DNA of 64,000 nt from an uncultured virus (IMG/VR IMGVR_UViG_3300006149_000734) (IMGVR_UViG_3300006149_000734), one strand, 5' to 3'; counted from the stretch's first letter, positions 1 to 9,888 are shown. The notes: generated from the sequence alone by a model not told the origin. Program-made: numbers and translations.

Positions 1-267
1 CTATTCTCTGGTCAAAGTCAGCTCCGGGCGAGAGTCATCTTTGGACGCTAAATAGTAGCTCCAAGCCAAGACAAAGGTTTCTTGAATTACAGAGTTCTCA
101 TGGCTCTTTGCGGAAATATGATCGAGGATTTCCCCGAAATAATCTTCTTCTGGAAAATCTGGATCACGCGCAATATCGTCCGCAAGGTCACCTATCGGCA
201 AATCGACGCCCTTAAAATTCAGAATCCAAGTTTTGAATGTCCAAGGTCGCTCTTTACTGTACATCAT
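1..267 (-). CDS. YozE/SAM-like small protein
   Basis: TFKTWI..DLPIGDLADDIARDPDFP resembles YozE; RBS GAAGGGGGTG before ATG at 267. Confidence 0.65.
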   Translation of the reverse strand: MMYSKERPWTFKTWILNFKGVDLPIGDLADDIARDPDFPEEDYFGEILDHISAKSHENSVIQETFVLAWSYYLASKDDSRPELTLTRE

Positions 268-344
268 CTTCACCCCCTTCCCCCAGTCAAATTGTACCAT
301 AGACAGGCGGGAGGGGACAACCCAAAAGAAAGCGAGGTAAGAAA

Positions 345-521
345 ATGTCTGAGAAAGGAAAGAAAATCCTTGAAACCATCGGCAAAGCCCTCCCAAGCCT
401 GTCCGATCAGGAAGTGGATAAGCTGCTGTCATTCAGCGAAGGCATGGCCTTTATGGCAGACTGCAAGAACCGCGCCGCCGGTAAGGCGGAAAACCAGAGC
501 GAAGGGAGGGAGATCGCGTGA
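345..521 (+). CDS. Small phage protein (58 aa, MSEKGKKILETIGKALP...)
   Basis: Not in ORF track; RBS GCGAGG; TGA overlaps GTG of next gene. Confidence 0.7.
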   Translation: MSEKGKKILETIGKALPSLSDQEVDKLLSFSEGMAFMADCKNRAAGKAENQSEGREIA

Positions 522-1288
522 ACGACCTCGAAATCCGGCGCGTGCCCTTTATGGGCGCAGAACTCATGGCGGCTCGCGACAATGACGGGCAAATCTGGGC
601 GGGCGTCCGCTGGATGTGCGACGGCATTGGGCTGAGTGAGGGTCAGCGAAAGCGGCAGGTGGCCAACATTCAGACCGACACTATCCTTTCCAAAGGGGGA
701 TCAAATTTGGTCCTCCCTACCAACGGAGGCTTGCAAGAAGTTCTCTGCCTGAAATTGGACTTCGTTCCTCTCTGGTTGGCAAAGATCAGCATCACGCCCA
801 CGATGGAGCGGGAGACCCCGGAGCTGGCGGAACGCTTGGAGCAGTACCAGCTTCACGCAAAGGATGTGCTGGCGGCGGCGTTTCTGCCCTCGTTCTATGG
901 CGCAGAGGAAACAGCGCTGACCCCGCAGCGCGTGCTTACCCCGGATGATTACCTGCGGGCGGCTTCCATCGTGGCAAACTGCCGCAACGAACGGCTACCC
1001 TATGTGTTGGGTTTTCTGGAACAGGGCGGGTTTGAGATAACCGAAGTGGAAAACACTAAACACCCGGACTATGAACTGGCCTACCTCATCAACAAGGCTA
1101 TCAACGAGTACGGATTTTCCTGTGTCCAAATCGGCCAGCTTACCGGCATTTCGCGGGGGCAAATCCACTGTTACCGCAATGGCCGTATACCTCACGGCAG
1201 CCGTGCGAAGTATATTATCCATGTGCTTACAGACGCGATCGCCAAGTTAGAAACGAAAAGCGCCCTGCCAAGTGCAGCGAACACCTGA
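518..1288 (+). CDS. Phage antirepressor N-terminal domain protein with C-terminal HTH
   Basis: VPFMGAEL...LKLDFVPLWLAKI (P22 Ant N-like); C-terminal HTH-like segment. Confidence 0.8.
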   Translation: MNDLEIRRVPFMGAELMAARDNDGQIWAGVRWMCDGIGLSEGQRKRQVANIQTDTILSKGGSNLVLPTNGGLQEVLCLKLDFVPLWLAKISITPTMERETPELAERLEQYQLHAKDVLAAAFLPSFYGAEETALTPQRVLTPDDYLRAASIVANCRNERLPYVLGFLEQGGFEITEVENTKHPDYELAYLINKAINEYGFSCVQIGQLTGISRGQIHCYRNGRIPHGSRAKYIIHVLTDAIAKLETKSALPSAANT

Positions 1289-1365
1289 CAGGGCTGGCGG
1301 AACCCATTGACACATCCAATCGGCCCGCATGAGGATAGTATAGCATCTTCCTGCTGGCTATGCAA
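1256..1365 (-). ncRNA. Predicted antisense small RNA unit 1 (promoter plus hairpin/terminator)
   Basis: TTGCAT-17-TATACT on - strand (1365..1337); stem 1262-1267/1289-1294 followed by short T run. Confidence 0.4.
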
Positions 1366-1377
1366 GGAGGAATTTCT

Positions 1378-1581
1378 GTGACCGAAAAAGAGCGCAATGT
1401 ACTCTATCACACACAGCTGACCCCGGAAACCCCGCTGTGTGTCAACTGCCGGCATTTCTACCAGCATTTCAACGAAAAAGGCCAGACGGTTGAATGCGGA
1501 CACTGCGTATACCCCCGGGTCAAGACCCGGATGCCCTATGACACCTGCGAGCACTTCCAGCGAAAGGAGGTGGAAACGTGA
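1378..1581 (+). CDS. Cys-rich small hypothetical protein
   Basis: CxxC...CGHC...C; RBS AAGGAGG. Confidence 0.65.
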   Translation: MTEKERNVLYHTQLTPETPLCVNCRHFYQHFNEKGQTVECGHCVYPRVKTRMPYDTCEHFQRKEVET

Positions 1582-1763
1582 GACAAGTGGAGGGAGGCGT
1601 ATTCTTGAATGAGCCGAATATCTGGCTGATTGCGGAGACACTGAGAAAGCTGCTTAATGAATCCGTCGCGAAGGACTGCGGCGTGGAGCTGACAAAGGTT
1701 ACTGTCGTGCGGAAGGATACCGGAGAAGCAGTACCACCGGGGAAACGGAAGGGGTTGGTGTAA
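1578..1763 (+). CDS. Hypothetical protein
   Basis: RBS AAGGAGG, GTGA overlap with previous gene. Confidence 0.6.
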   Translation: MRQVEGGVFLNEPNIWLIAETLRKLLNESVAKDCGVELTKVTVVRKDTGEAVPPGKRKGLV

Positions 1764-1766
1764 GTT

Positions 1767-2663
1767 ATGGCCCACGCCGTCCGGTTTCGCCGGGAAAGCC
1801 AAACGGAGTTTTCCAAACAGTTTTCAATCCTGTGCAATACCAAAAGTGCCTGGGAGGTTTGGACAGACTTTGTGACAATGGCCGCGTTGACGATCTCCAA
1901 TGCCTTTGACAGAGAAGGGCCAACCCATGACGACCGGGAGCAGCAGTACTTACGGACCATAAAGCGGTACCCCGAAAAGAAACGGCTGGTTTTTCCACAG
2001 CTGTTTGCCCTGACCGTGGAAGCTCTGGAAGCCAACCCGGATCAAGATTTTCTCGGTGAAATGTTTATGGGCCTGAACCTCGGGAACCACTGGAAAGGGC
2101 AGTTTTTCACCCCGTACAGTATTTGCTGGCTGATGTCTGAAATCACAGTCGCAGACCTAGAGGCGCGTATCGAGCAGAAGGGCTGGGTTGGCATTCATGA
2201 CCCGTGCTGCGGCGCTGGCGCACTGCTGATCGCCGCTCGCAATACGATGGTTCGTCAGAATCTTGGCTTTCGCAATGCGCTCTATGTGGCCCAAGACATT
2301 GACCGAACGGCGGCACTGATGTGCTACATACAGCTGTCACTTTTGGGGTGTGCTGGGTATGTGATAGTGGCGGATTCCCTCCTGCATCCAGTGATCGGAA
2401 AAACTCCGCTTCTGATTTCTCCTATGCCGGAGCAGGAAATATGGGTAATGCCAGCACTTTACGATGAAGTGTGGGCCGCGCGTATCCAATGGGAGCGGAT
2501 GCGGTTGGCGTTGGAGCGTTTGGGTATTATGAAATCTCCGCAAGAACCAAAAAATCCAGAACCGGAGCCCGTCCCTGTGCTGTCAAAATCCGTACAGGCG
2601 GCTCCTGAGACAGGCACTATGCCGCTGAACGAAGGATTTGAGGGCCAACTGACATTGTTTTGA
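1767..2663 (+). CDS. N6-adenine methyltransferase-like SAM-binding protein (no visible NPPY motif)
   Basis: GQFFTP and DPCCGAG motifs of type I M-like MTases. Confidence 0.7.
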   Translation: MAHAVRFRRESQTEFSKQFSILCNTKSAWEVWTDFVTMAALTISNAFDREGPTHDDREQQYLRTIKRYPEKKRLVFPQLFALTVEALEANPDQDFLGEMFMGLNLGNHWKGQFFTPYSICWLMSEITVADLEARIEQKGWVGIHDPCCGAGALLIAARNTMVRQNLGFRNALYVAQDIDRTAALMCYIQLSLLGCAGYVIVADSLLHPVIGKTPLLISPMPEQEIWVMPALYDEVWAARIQWERMRLALERLGIMKSPQEPKNPEPEPVPVLSKSVQAAPETGTMPLNEGFEGQLTLF

Positions 2664-2818
2664 AAGGAGGAGTGTTATGCGCTACGACGTGATGAAAGCC
2701 TACCTGCTGCTGTGTGAACTGTACGGCTGGCCGCAATCCTTCAAGGGCCTGCGCGCATTCGTGTGGCAACTCAAGCATGGTTATCGCAGCATCTGGCTTG
2801 GAGAGGAGGAACACATAA

Positions 2819-3688
2819 ATGAGCAAAATAGAACCGCTCACGTTGAAGGAACGGGAGATGGCAGAACAGTATCATTACTTGGTGGACAATTTCCTTCAAC
2901 GTAAGCGCTTGGCGCCGAACCAGTATTACGACATTGTGATTTTTGGGTATTTGCAGGCTATTCAAAGGGAGTGCCGCAATCCGAGTCCGACACACCAAAA
3001 GAATATTTACGGGCTGATTGAAGTTTGCATGAACCGAGCGGTCCTCCAAGAGTGGCGGCGCCAGTACCAGATTAAGCGAACGGGGGACCGCAAGCATCTG
3101 AGTCTGGACCGCATACCAGCACACACGGACGATGATGAGCTGTCTTTGTATTCTGTCATCGCTGACACCCAACAAAATACAGAAACGCAAGTTGAAGCCC
3201 GAGACCTTACTGAACGGATTCGTGCCATTGCGACACCACGAGAGCGGGAAGCGCTTGATCTGGTGTGCTTAGGATATGAAACCCGTGAAGTCGCGCAGAA
3301 GCTGGGAATTGCGCGAAACACTGCCAGCCGGACACTTTATAATCTTCGTGTCAAAGCGAAGGCTCTTCGAGATGGCCGAGAGGTTATTAGATGCCCTCAA
3401 TGGGCGGATGAAAAAGCCAAAAGAAAAAAGCAGGCCTACAACCGGGCCTATTGGCAAGCGCACCAACTAGAGAGCGCTGCAAAGAGCCGCGCTTGGAAGC
3501 AAGCCCGCAGGATCGCTCACCCAGAGGAAACGCGTGCGAAAGATCGGGCCTACTATGCTGCCCACCGGGAAGAAATCTGCGCCAGGAAACGAGCCAGAAA
3601 CGCTGTTAAACGGGCTGAAAAGCAGGTGCGAGAAAAAAAAACCGTCCCCAGTGCTGCGAACACCAAGGACGGCAAGAGACCGCAGTGA
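2819..3688 (+). CDS. Sigma-70/ECF-like factor with basic C-terminal extension
   Basis: LSLD motif and region-4 HTH (GYETREVAQKLGI). Confidence 0.65.
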   Translation: MSKIEPLTLKEREMAEQYHYLVDNFLQRKRLAPNQYYDIVIFGYLQAIQRECRNPSPTHQKNIYGLIEVCMNRAVLQEWRRQYQIKRTGDRKHLSLDRIPAHTDDDELSLYSVIADTQQNTETQVEARDLTERIRAIATPREREALDLVCLGYETREVAQKLGIARNTASRTLYNLRVKAKALRDGREVIRCPQWADEKAKRKKQAYNRAYWQAHQLESAAKSRAWKQARRIAHPEETRAKDRAYYAAHREEICARKRARNAVKRAEKQVREKKTVPSAANTKDGKRPQ

Positions 3689-3746
3689 CACCTTAGCCAA
3701 GTTATCACTACCGCTCTATTTTGAATCATCAAAAACGGATTGTCAA
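3633..3746 (-). ncRNA. Predicted antisense small RNA unit 2 (paralog of unit 1)
   Basis: TTGACA-17-CAAAAT on - strand; stem 3642-3647/3667-3672 followed by long T run. Confidence 0.4.
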
Positions 3747-3807
3747 GCCCTACATTGCCGTGTAAGTACGATCCTGTTATAAATACACGATGAAAGGAAG
3801 GAACAAA

Positions 3808-4245
3808 ATGGTGGAAATCAAAGTTACAGGTAATCTGCCGCTGGAGGCATTGGCGAACCTGACCGCGCTTGGTATGCATTGTATGAAAAACGCGGAGGTC
3901 CATGCAGCTGCCAGCCGTATCTTGGAGACAGAGAAGAACACAGAAAAAAAGAAAGCAGCCGCTGCCGTCGAAACGCCCCCAGCGGACCCTTCTGGCCCTA
4001 CGGCTGGGGGGAATGGCCAGAGTGCAGCCCCTTCTGAGAAAACTGCGCCCACACAGACTGCCGGCAAGGCCCCCAGGTTGGAGGATGTACGGGCAAAGGG
4101 TATCGAGGCAGCCAAGAGATACGGTCAGGCGGCGGTCAAGGCAATTCTAAAGGAACTCAATGCTGATAATATGACAGCTTTGCCGGAAGACAAGCGGGCG
4201 GAGTTCTTGGAAAAATTGGAAGGGCTGGGTGACAATAATGCCTGA
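3808..4245 (+). CDS. Hypothetical phage protein with Ala/Pro-rich linker
   Basis: Usual position upstream of DUF2800; RBS AAGGAA. Confidence 0.7.
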   Translation: MVEIKVTGNLPLEALANLTALGMHCMKNAEVHAAASRILETEKNTEKKKAAAAVETPPADPSGPTAGGNGQSAAPSEKTAPTQTAGKAPRLEDVRAKGIEAAKRYGQAAVKAILKELNADNMTALPEDKRAEFLEKLEGLGDNNA

Positions 4246-5425
4246 CCGACACGCTCTACTAGGGCCGTCCGGCGCTCACCGTTGGCTAGCCTGCACTCCA
4301 AGTGCCCGTATGGAAAAGGGCATTCCGGACGCGGGGAGCCGCTTCGCCCAAGAGGGGACACTAGCCCACCACATAGGAGAACTGCTGCTGCGCCAGCAAT
4401 GGGAGGGCGCGGATGTTGCCGCCGAACTGGAAGCCGCCCGGGCAGACCCTATGCACTCTGGCGAGATGGACGAGTACATGGAGAGTTACGCGGCCTTTAT
4501 CGAGGAACGCATGGCGGACGCTAAATCTCGGTGCAATGACCCCCGTATCTTCATCGAGCAGACAGTGCGGTTCGACGAGTATATACCGGAGTCCTTTGGC
4601 ACAGCGGATTGCTTGATTCTTTCCGACGAGCTGTTGGATGTAATCGACTTGAAGTACGGCCAAGGCGTTCCCGTATCGGCAGAGGGCAACCCGCAGATGC
4701 GCATTTACGGGTTGGGATGTTTTCTGGCCCTGTCCTGGGCCTACAAAGTTGAAAAGATCAGAATGACCATCTACCAGCCCCGAATAGACAATATCTCCGC
4801 CGCTACCATGACGCGGGATGAACTTCTGGCTTGGGCGGAGAACTACTTAAAACCCCGCGCGGCTCTTGCGTGGGAGGGCAAAGGCGAGTTTTGCCCCAGC
4901 GATGAGAACTGCCGGTGGTGCAGGGCTGCGCCGATCTGCAAGGCCAATCGGGACTACCAGATGGCGTTTGCCCGTGGGGCCTTCGCGGCCCCGCCGTATA
5001 TGTCCTCAGACGAGATCGCGAAAGTGCTGGCACGTCTGCCCGCTCTGCTGAACTGGGCCGAAAGTGTCAAAGCCTATGCTTTGGATGCGGCTATCAACTT
5101 TGGGGAGTATTTCCCTGGTTTTAAGGTGGTAGAGGGCAGAAGCAACCGCCGGTACACCGATGAAGATGCCATTGCCCAAGTACTCCGCAAGGCTGGGTAC
5201 AAGGTGGCCGACATTTATAAGCCCCGTGAACTGCTGGGCCTAACAGCTATGGAAAAACTGATAGGAAAGAAGAAATTCGGAGAACTTGCCGGGGCCTATA
5301 TTGTCAAGCCTGCTGGATCCCCCACGCTGGTCCCGGAGTCCGACAAGCGGCCGCCGCTGAACACCGCCGCAAAGGCGGCAGAAGATTTTAATGACAATTT
5401 TAAGGAGGAATTCAACCATGGCTAA
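4238..5425 (+). CDS. DUF2800 family Cas4-like PD-(D/E)XK nuclease
   Basis: HALLGPSGAHRWLAC, FGTADC, IDLKYG, CRWC motifs. Confidence 0.9.
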   Translation: MPDRHALLGPSGAHRWLACTPSARMEKGIPDAGSRFAQEGTLAHHIGELLLRQQWEGADVAAELEAARADPMHSGEMDEYMESYAAFIEERMADAKSRCNDPRIFIEQTVRFDEYIPESFGTADCLILSDELLDVIDLKYGQGVPVSAEGNPQMRIYGLGCFLALSWAYKVEKIRMTIYQPRIDNISAATMTRDELLAWAENYLKPRAALAWEGKGEFCPSDENCRWCRAAPICKANRDYQMAFARGAFAAPPYMSSDEIAKVLARLPALLNWAESVKAYALDAAINFGEYFPGFKVVEGRSNRRYTDEDAIAQVLRKAGYKVADIYKPRELLGLTAMEKLIGKKKFGELAGAYIVKPAGSPTLVPESDKRPPLNTAAKAAEDFNDNFKEEFNHG

Positions 5426-5984
5426 GAACAACAACCCCACTCACGTTATCACCGGCAAGTGCCGCCTGTCCTACGCCCACGTCTGGGAGCCGTCCCGCAT
5501 GAGCGAGGAGGATCCGTTGAAGTATTCAGCCTGCATCATCGTTCCCAAGTCAGATACGGTCACCATCAACAAGATTAAGGCCGCGGTGGAGGCCGCGATC
5601 CAGGACGGCATCAAGTCCAAATGGAAAGGCAAGAAACCCGCAAATCTGAAACTTCCCCTACGGGACGGTGACGAGGGGCGGCCAGAGGACGAGGCGTTTA
5701 AGGACAGCTACTTCTTTAACGCCAACGGCCGACGGCAGCCTGGTATTGTGGATATGTCCCGCCAAGACATTCTCGATCAGAGCGAGGTCTATAGCGGGTG
5801 CTACTGCCGTTTCTCTGTAGATTTCTATCCCTTTAACGGCAAGCAGAACGGCGTGGCCGCCGGGCTGAACAACATCCAGAAGGTGGCCGATGGTGAGCCT
5901 CTGGCTGGCGGGAGCCGCGCCGAGGACGATTTCGACGACGATTTCACCGACGGCGAGGGCGACGATCTTGGCGACATTATGTAG
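5418..5984 (+). CDS. DUF2815 family single-stranded DNA-binding protein
   Basis: RLSYAHVWEP, LRDGD, VYSGCY, acidic C-terminus. Confidence 0.9.
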   Translation: MAKNNNPTHVITGKCRLSYAHVWEPSRMSEEDPLKYSACIIVPKSDTVTINKIKAAVEAAIQDGIKSKWKGKKPANLKLPLRDGDEGRPEDEAFKDSYFFNANGRRQPGIVDMSRQDILDQSEVYSGCYCRFSVDFYPFNGKQNGVAAGLNNIQKVADGEPLAGGSRAEDDFDDDFTDGEGDDLGDIM

Positions 5985-5993
5985 TAGAAATAC

Positions 5994-6032
5994 AAGCCAC
6001 CCGCCGTCATATAGGCGGCGGGTGGCTTTGTT
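5994..6032. terminator. Intrinsic terminator hairpin between convergent genes
   Basis: AAGCCACCCGCCG...CGGCGGGTGGCTT followed by T-rich tract. Confidence 0.8.
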
Positions 6033-6338
6033 TCAAGAGTAATACTTGTGGACCAGATTGCGCAAATCTTCGATGTACTGTTGAATCAGTTCGGCATCAA
6101 ATTTATCATGGCTTAGTTCAAAACGATAGGTTGCCCAGAAGTCAGAAACATCCATCAGCTGTTCGTCAGAATACTTTAAGGACAGGGGTGCCAAAACGGC
6201 GACAGCCGCGGACAACGGAGAATCTTCTAAAAAATCCGCCTCGGCGAGTCCCACTACCCCACCACGGTCACAGCCATTATACGCACGTCGGATAATGTGT
6301 TCCAATGCATAGGCAGCACTATGGGATATTTTCATCAC
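6033..6338 (-). CDS. Hypothetical moron-like protein
   Basis: Opposite strand, RBS AAGGGAGG, looks AT-richer than flanks. Confidence 0.65.
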   Translation of the reverse strand: MMKISHSAAYALEHIIRRAYNGCDRGGVVGLAEADFLEDSPLSAAVAVLAPLSLKYSDEQLMDVSDFWATYRFELSHDKFDAELIQQYIEDLRNLVHKYYS

Positions 6339-6506
6339 TATGTATCACCTCCCTTTTATGCTGCAATTCTACTCCACGAAAAACGGAAAGTAAAGAGTAT
6401 TTTCAAAAATATGTGAAACGTTCTGCATGCAATACGTCCTCTTGACTGCATTTGATTTGTAGATACTTTACAATATGCGTTTTGACTACGCAGAAAGGAA
6501 AGCCTG

Positions 6507-8819
6507 ATGTTTATGTCTGTCGACATCGAGACCTATTCTAGCGTCAATTTGCTGAAATCCGGCGTCCGCCCCTACACTGAAGCTCCGGACTTCATGATCC
6601 TGTTGATTGCCTACAAGGTAGACTGCCAGCCAACAAAGCTTATTGATCTTGCCGCCTGTGAAGAGAATGAAAAACCATATTCGCTGTTTCCGGAGATAGC
6701 CAGCGCTATTCCCCCAGGCGATATACGGGAGTTTCTGTATCTGTTACAGGACGCGGCGGTGGTAAAAACAGCTTACAATGCGGCCTTTGAGAGAACGTGC
6801 CTTGCCCGGTACTTCAAGCGTCCCATGCCCCCGGAACAGTGGCAGTGTACGATGGTACAGGCGGCCACCCTGGGACTTCCCGGGACGCTGGCGAAGGTGG
6901 GGGCGGTCCTGGGGCTGGAACGGCAGAAGATGGAGGAAGGGAAAGACCTAATCCGATATTTCTGCTCCCCGACCAGGGATGGTACCCGGCATTACCCCCA
7001 AGACGCCCCAGAGAAGTGGGAACTGTTCCGTCGGTATAACGTCCGGGACGTGGACGTGGAAACTACCATCCGGGAGAAACTGTCCCGCTGGCCCCGTCCG
7101 CAGGCGGAACTTGATGCATGGGCACTGGACCAGAAAATCAATGACCGGGGTGTACTCCTGGATCAAACGCTGCTGAAAAAGGCCCTGGAGCTGGACGGTA
7201 TCTATTCTGAACGGCTGATGGGTGAGACCCGGGAGCTGACAGGGCTGGACAATCCCCGGAGCGATACCCAGCTGAAAGCATGGCTGGCCGAGCGGGGTCT
7301 TGAAACAACCAGCCTGGACAAGAAGAGTATCCTCCCACTTCTGGAGGCGGCACCGGATGATACCACCCGGCGCGTCCTTCAGCTCCGGCAAGAGTTCGGA
7401 AAAACCTCTGTTTCCAAGTATGCGGCCATGAAGCGTGGACTGTGCGAGAATGGCCGGGTGCATAACCTGCTGCAATACTATGGCGCAGGGCGGACAGGCC
7501 GATGGTGCTTGACTGGCGATCACGAGGTCTTGACGCCTGCCGGGTGGGTGCGGTTTGATAGATGGGGCGGCGGTGAGATTGCCTGCTGGGCACCGCAAAC
7601 GGAAGCCCTTTCCTTTCAACAGGCGACCGCGCTTTGTTTTGACTACGCTGGTGAAATGGTTTCGATCATAACTCAACGCTGCGAGCAGTGCAGCACACTC
7701 GATCATAAGATGCCGTATTTAGAAAAAAACGGCTCTTGGGAAGCAGCTGAAATCGGCGTCCTATCCCAGCATAGATTTACCATCCCTTATACGGGAAAAC
7801 GACAAGGGACAAACAGCTCGGAGCCGTACCAGCTGCGTGTTTTGATTATGACACAAGCTGACGGGCATTACACCAACAACGGGGATTTACGGTACCATTT
7901 TAGTAAAATACGGAAAATGGAGCGTTGCAAATATCTTCTTCGTAAATGCCAAATTCCATTCTTGGAAAACGAGCATACGAATGGAAGCTGCACCATTACG
8001 ATTAAAAACCGGTATATGCCTATATGGTTAAAACAGTTCAAAGATAAGGTTTTTGGATATTGGCTGCTGGATGAGTCTCCGGATATTCTATTTGATGAAC
8101 TTCCCCTGTGGGACGGGTATAACTGTGGCCCAAACTCTATCCAGTACACAACAGTGGTTAAGACAAATGCAGAGATTATCCAGGCCGCCGCTGTGCTGTC
8201 CGGACGCTCTGCGACGCTTATTACAAAACTGAGAAAGGCGAAAAATGCAAACTGGAACGATGCGTATATCGTAAACATCTGGAATACTCCCGGACATGGA
8301 CAGACGGTGCGGATTGAAAATGTCAGCAGGAGTATATACCACGGCAAGGTCTACTGCGCTGAAACGAAAACCGGATATTTTCTGGTCAGAAGAAAGGGAA
8401 AGGTGTGGATAACCGGAAATTCCGGGCGGCAGGTTCAAGTTCAAAACCTCCCACAAAACAAGCTCCGGGATCTGTCCACCGCCCGCCAGCTGGTCCGCGA
8501 TGGAGATTTTGACCTGCTGGAAATGGCCTATGGTCCCCCGCCCTTCGTCCTCTCCCAGCTGATACGGACCACGTTCATCCCCTCGGAGGGTTGCCGCTTC
8601 ATCATAGCGGACTACAGCGCAATCGAAGCGCGGGTGCTGGCGTGGCTGGCGGGAGAGAAGTGGGTGCTGAAGGAGTTCTACGGGGACGGCCTGATTTATG
8701 AAGCCACCGCCTCCATGATGTTCCACGTTCCCAAGGAGGACATCAAGAAGGGGGGCTCCCGCGCCGATCTGCGCTCAAAGGGCAAAATCGCTCTTTCTTG
8801 TTGTCTAAAGATATTATAA
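6507..8819 (+). pseudogene. Family A DNA polymerase, intein-containing, truncated at motif B
   Basis: DIETYS exonuclease motif, ADYSAIEARV motif A; ends KGKIA then unrelated LSCCLKIL*; motif C absent. Confidence 0.9.
7506..8420 (+). mobile_element. Intein (305 aa) with LAGLIDADG-like endonuclease blocks
   Basis: Begins CLTGDHEVLT, ends VWITGN, +1 Ser; interrupts RTGRW|SGR; internal QADG and LWDG blocks. Confidence 0.9.
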
Positions 8820-8841
8820 CATTATAATTACAAATAGTCAA
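8813..8841 (-). promoter_or_regulatory. Outward-facing sigma-A promoter at prophage B end
   Basis: TTGACT-17-TATAAT with extended TG. Confidence 0.65.
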
Positions 8842-8865
8842 GCGAATACCGCAGATTTTCTGAAA

Positions 8866-9888
8866 TTATTTCACCTGTTCATGGTGTCGGTAGGCGAGGT
8901 GCGCCAGATCAATCAGCCGGATTCCCAGCGTGTTTGCGTTGCCCTGTTGGGCTGCGCCCCCGCTCTGGTAGAAAAGCTGGACGGTCTTTCGGTTCGGCTG
9001 GTTCGCCAGACTGTTTACCCAGCGCAGGGGAATGCTGGACGCTCCGTAAATCGCCCCGGCGAGACCGCCTGTGATTGCCCCGATGGTGTCTGCGTCCCCG
9101 CCCATGTTGACCGCCGCTACCAGCGCGTCCTCGAAGCTGTCCGTGTCCCGGATGGCGTTCATGGCGCAGATCAGGCTGGACACGCAGTAGCCGGACGGCT
9201 CGACCTTATCGCCGGGGAGCATATTCCGAATATCAGCCGTTTTCGTCTCTGCGAATTCCTTTGCTTCCTCTGCCGACAACAAATCCGAGTTGACGATGGT
9301 GTTGATTGCGTCCGTGTAGTACAGGACGGTCAGGGTGCTGTGCTTGTGCCAGTGCGTCATCTGCGCTATGCGCACTGCGGCTTCCAGGGCTTTGTCCCGC
9401 TGGTAGTAAAGGGCGGGGTAGACTGCCCTCATCAGCGCACCGTTCCCGGCCGTCCCGCCGTTGCTGGCCTTGTCGTGCGCTTTGGCAGCATCGAGCCAAT
9501 CCTCCAGCTGGATGCGGTCGCTGCGTCCCATCCTCGAAAGCACTGCCGCACAGCAGCCGCCCACATCCTTTGGGTGCGTTCTGAACCAGCGCAGGAAGTT
9601 CGCCCCGACCATCTGGTAGGGATTGTCCCCGTCTGCGGCGATCCCCTCTGCGACCGCCAGCGTCATCTGCGTGTCATCGGTGACCTCCCCCGGCTCGACA
9701 CTCAGCCAGCCGCCGCCCAGCATTTCCCGGACGGTTCCGTGCTTGCGCTGGATTTCCCCTGCGTTCATGAATTCCAGGGGTGCGCCGAGAGCGTCCCCAA
9801 TCGCCACGCCGAGCATTGCGCCCTCGTAGCGGTCAAGCTGTGCGTTCATCCTGATTGTGTTGATGAATCTGTCATTTGTCCCTGTCAT
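8866..9888 (-). CDS. ADP-ribosylglycohydrolase (DraG/ARH family)
   Basis: GDALG, TDDTQ, GNGALMR, GGDADT motifs; RBS GGGAGG. Confidence 0.95.
   Translation of the reverse strand: MTGTNDRFINTIRMNAQLDRYEGAMLGVAIGDALGAPLEFMNAGEIQRKHGTVREMLGGGWLSVEPGEVTDDTQMTLAVAEGIAADGDNPYQMVGANFLRWFRTHPKDVGGCCAAVLSRMGRSDRIQLEDWLDAAKAHDKASNGGTAGNGALMRAVYPALYYQRDKALEAAVRIAQMTHWHKHSTLTVLYYTDAINTIVNSDLLSAEEAKEFAETKTADIRNMLPGDKVEPSGYCVSSLICAMNAIRDTDSFEDALVAAVNMGGDADTIGAITGGLAGAIYGASSIPLRWVNSLANQPNRKTVQLFYQSGGAAQQGNANTLGIRLIDLAHLAYRHHEQVK

Larger units (their letters stand above)
1..8792 (+). mobile_element. Prophage-like element A, early/replication module, interrupted at DNA polymerase
   Basis: Antirepressor, DUF2800, DUF2815 and polA in the order typical of Firmicutes phages; polymerase truncated at ~8792. 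Confidence 0.8.

Noticed and set aside
2677..2904. 75-aa ORF with good RBS
   Set aside because: Possibly real, but it overlaps the sigma-like gene by 86 nt and has no recognisable motif, so it is left uncalled
4238..5425. Cas4-like protein as evidence of CRISPR-Cas
   Set aside because: No array or other cas genes; it sits in the standard DUF2800-DUF2815-pol module
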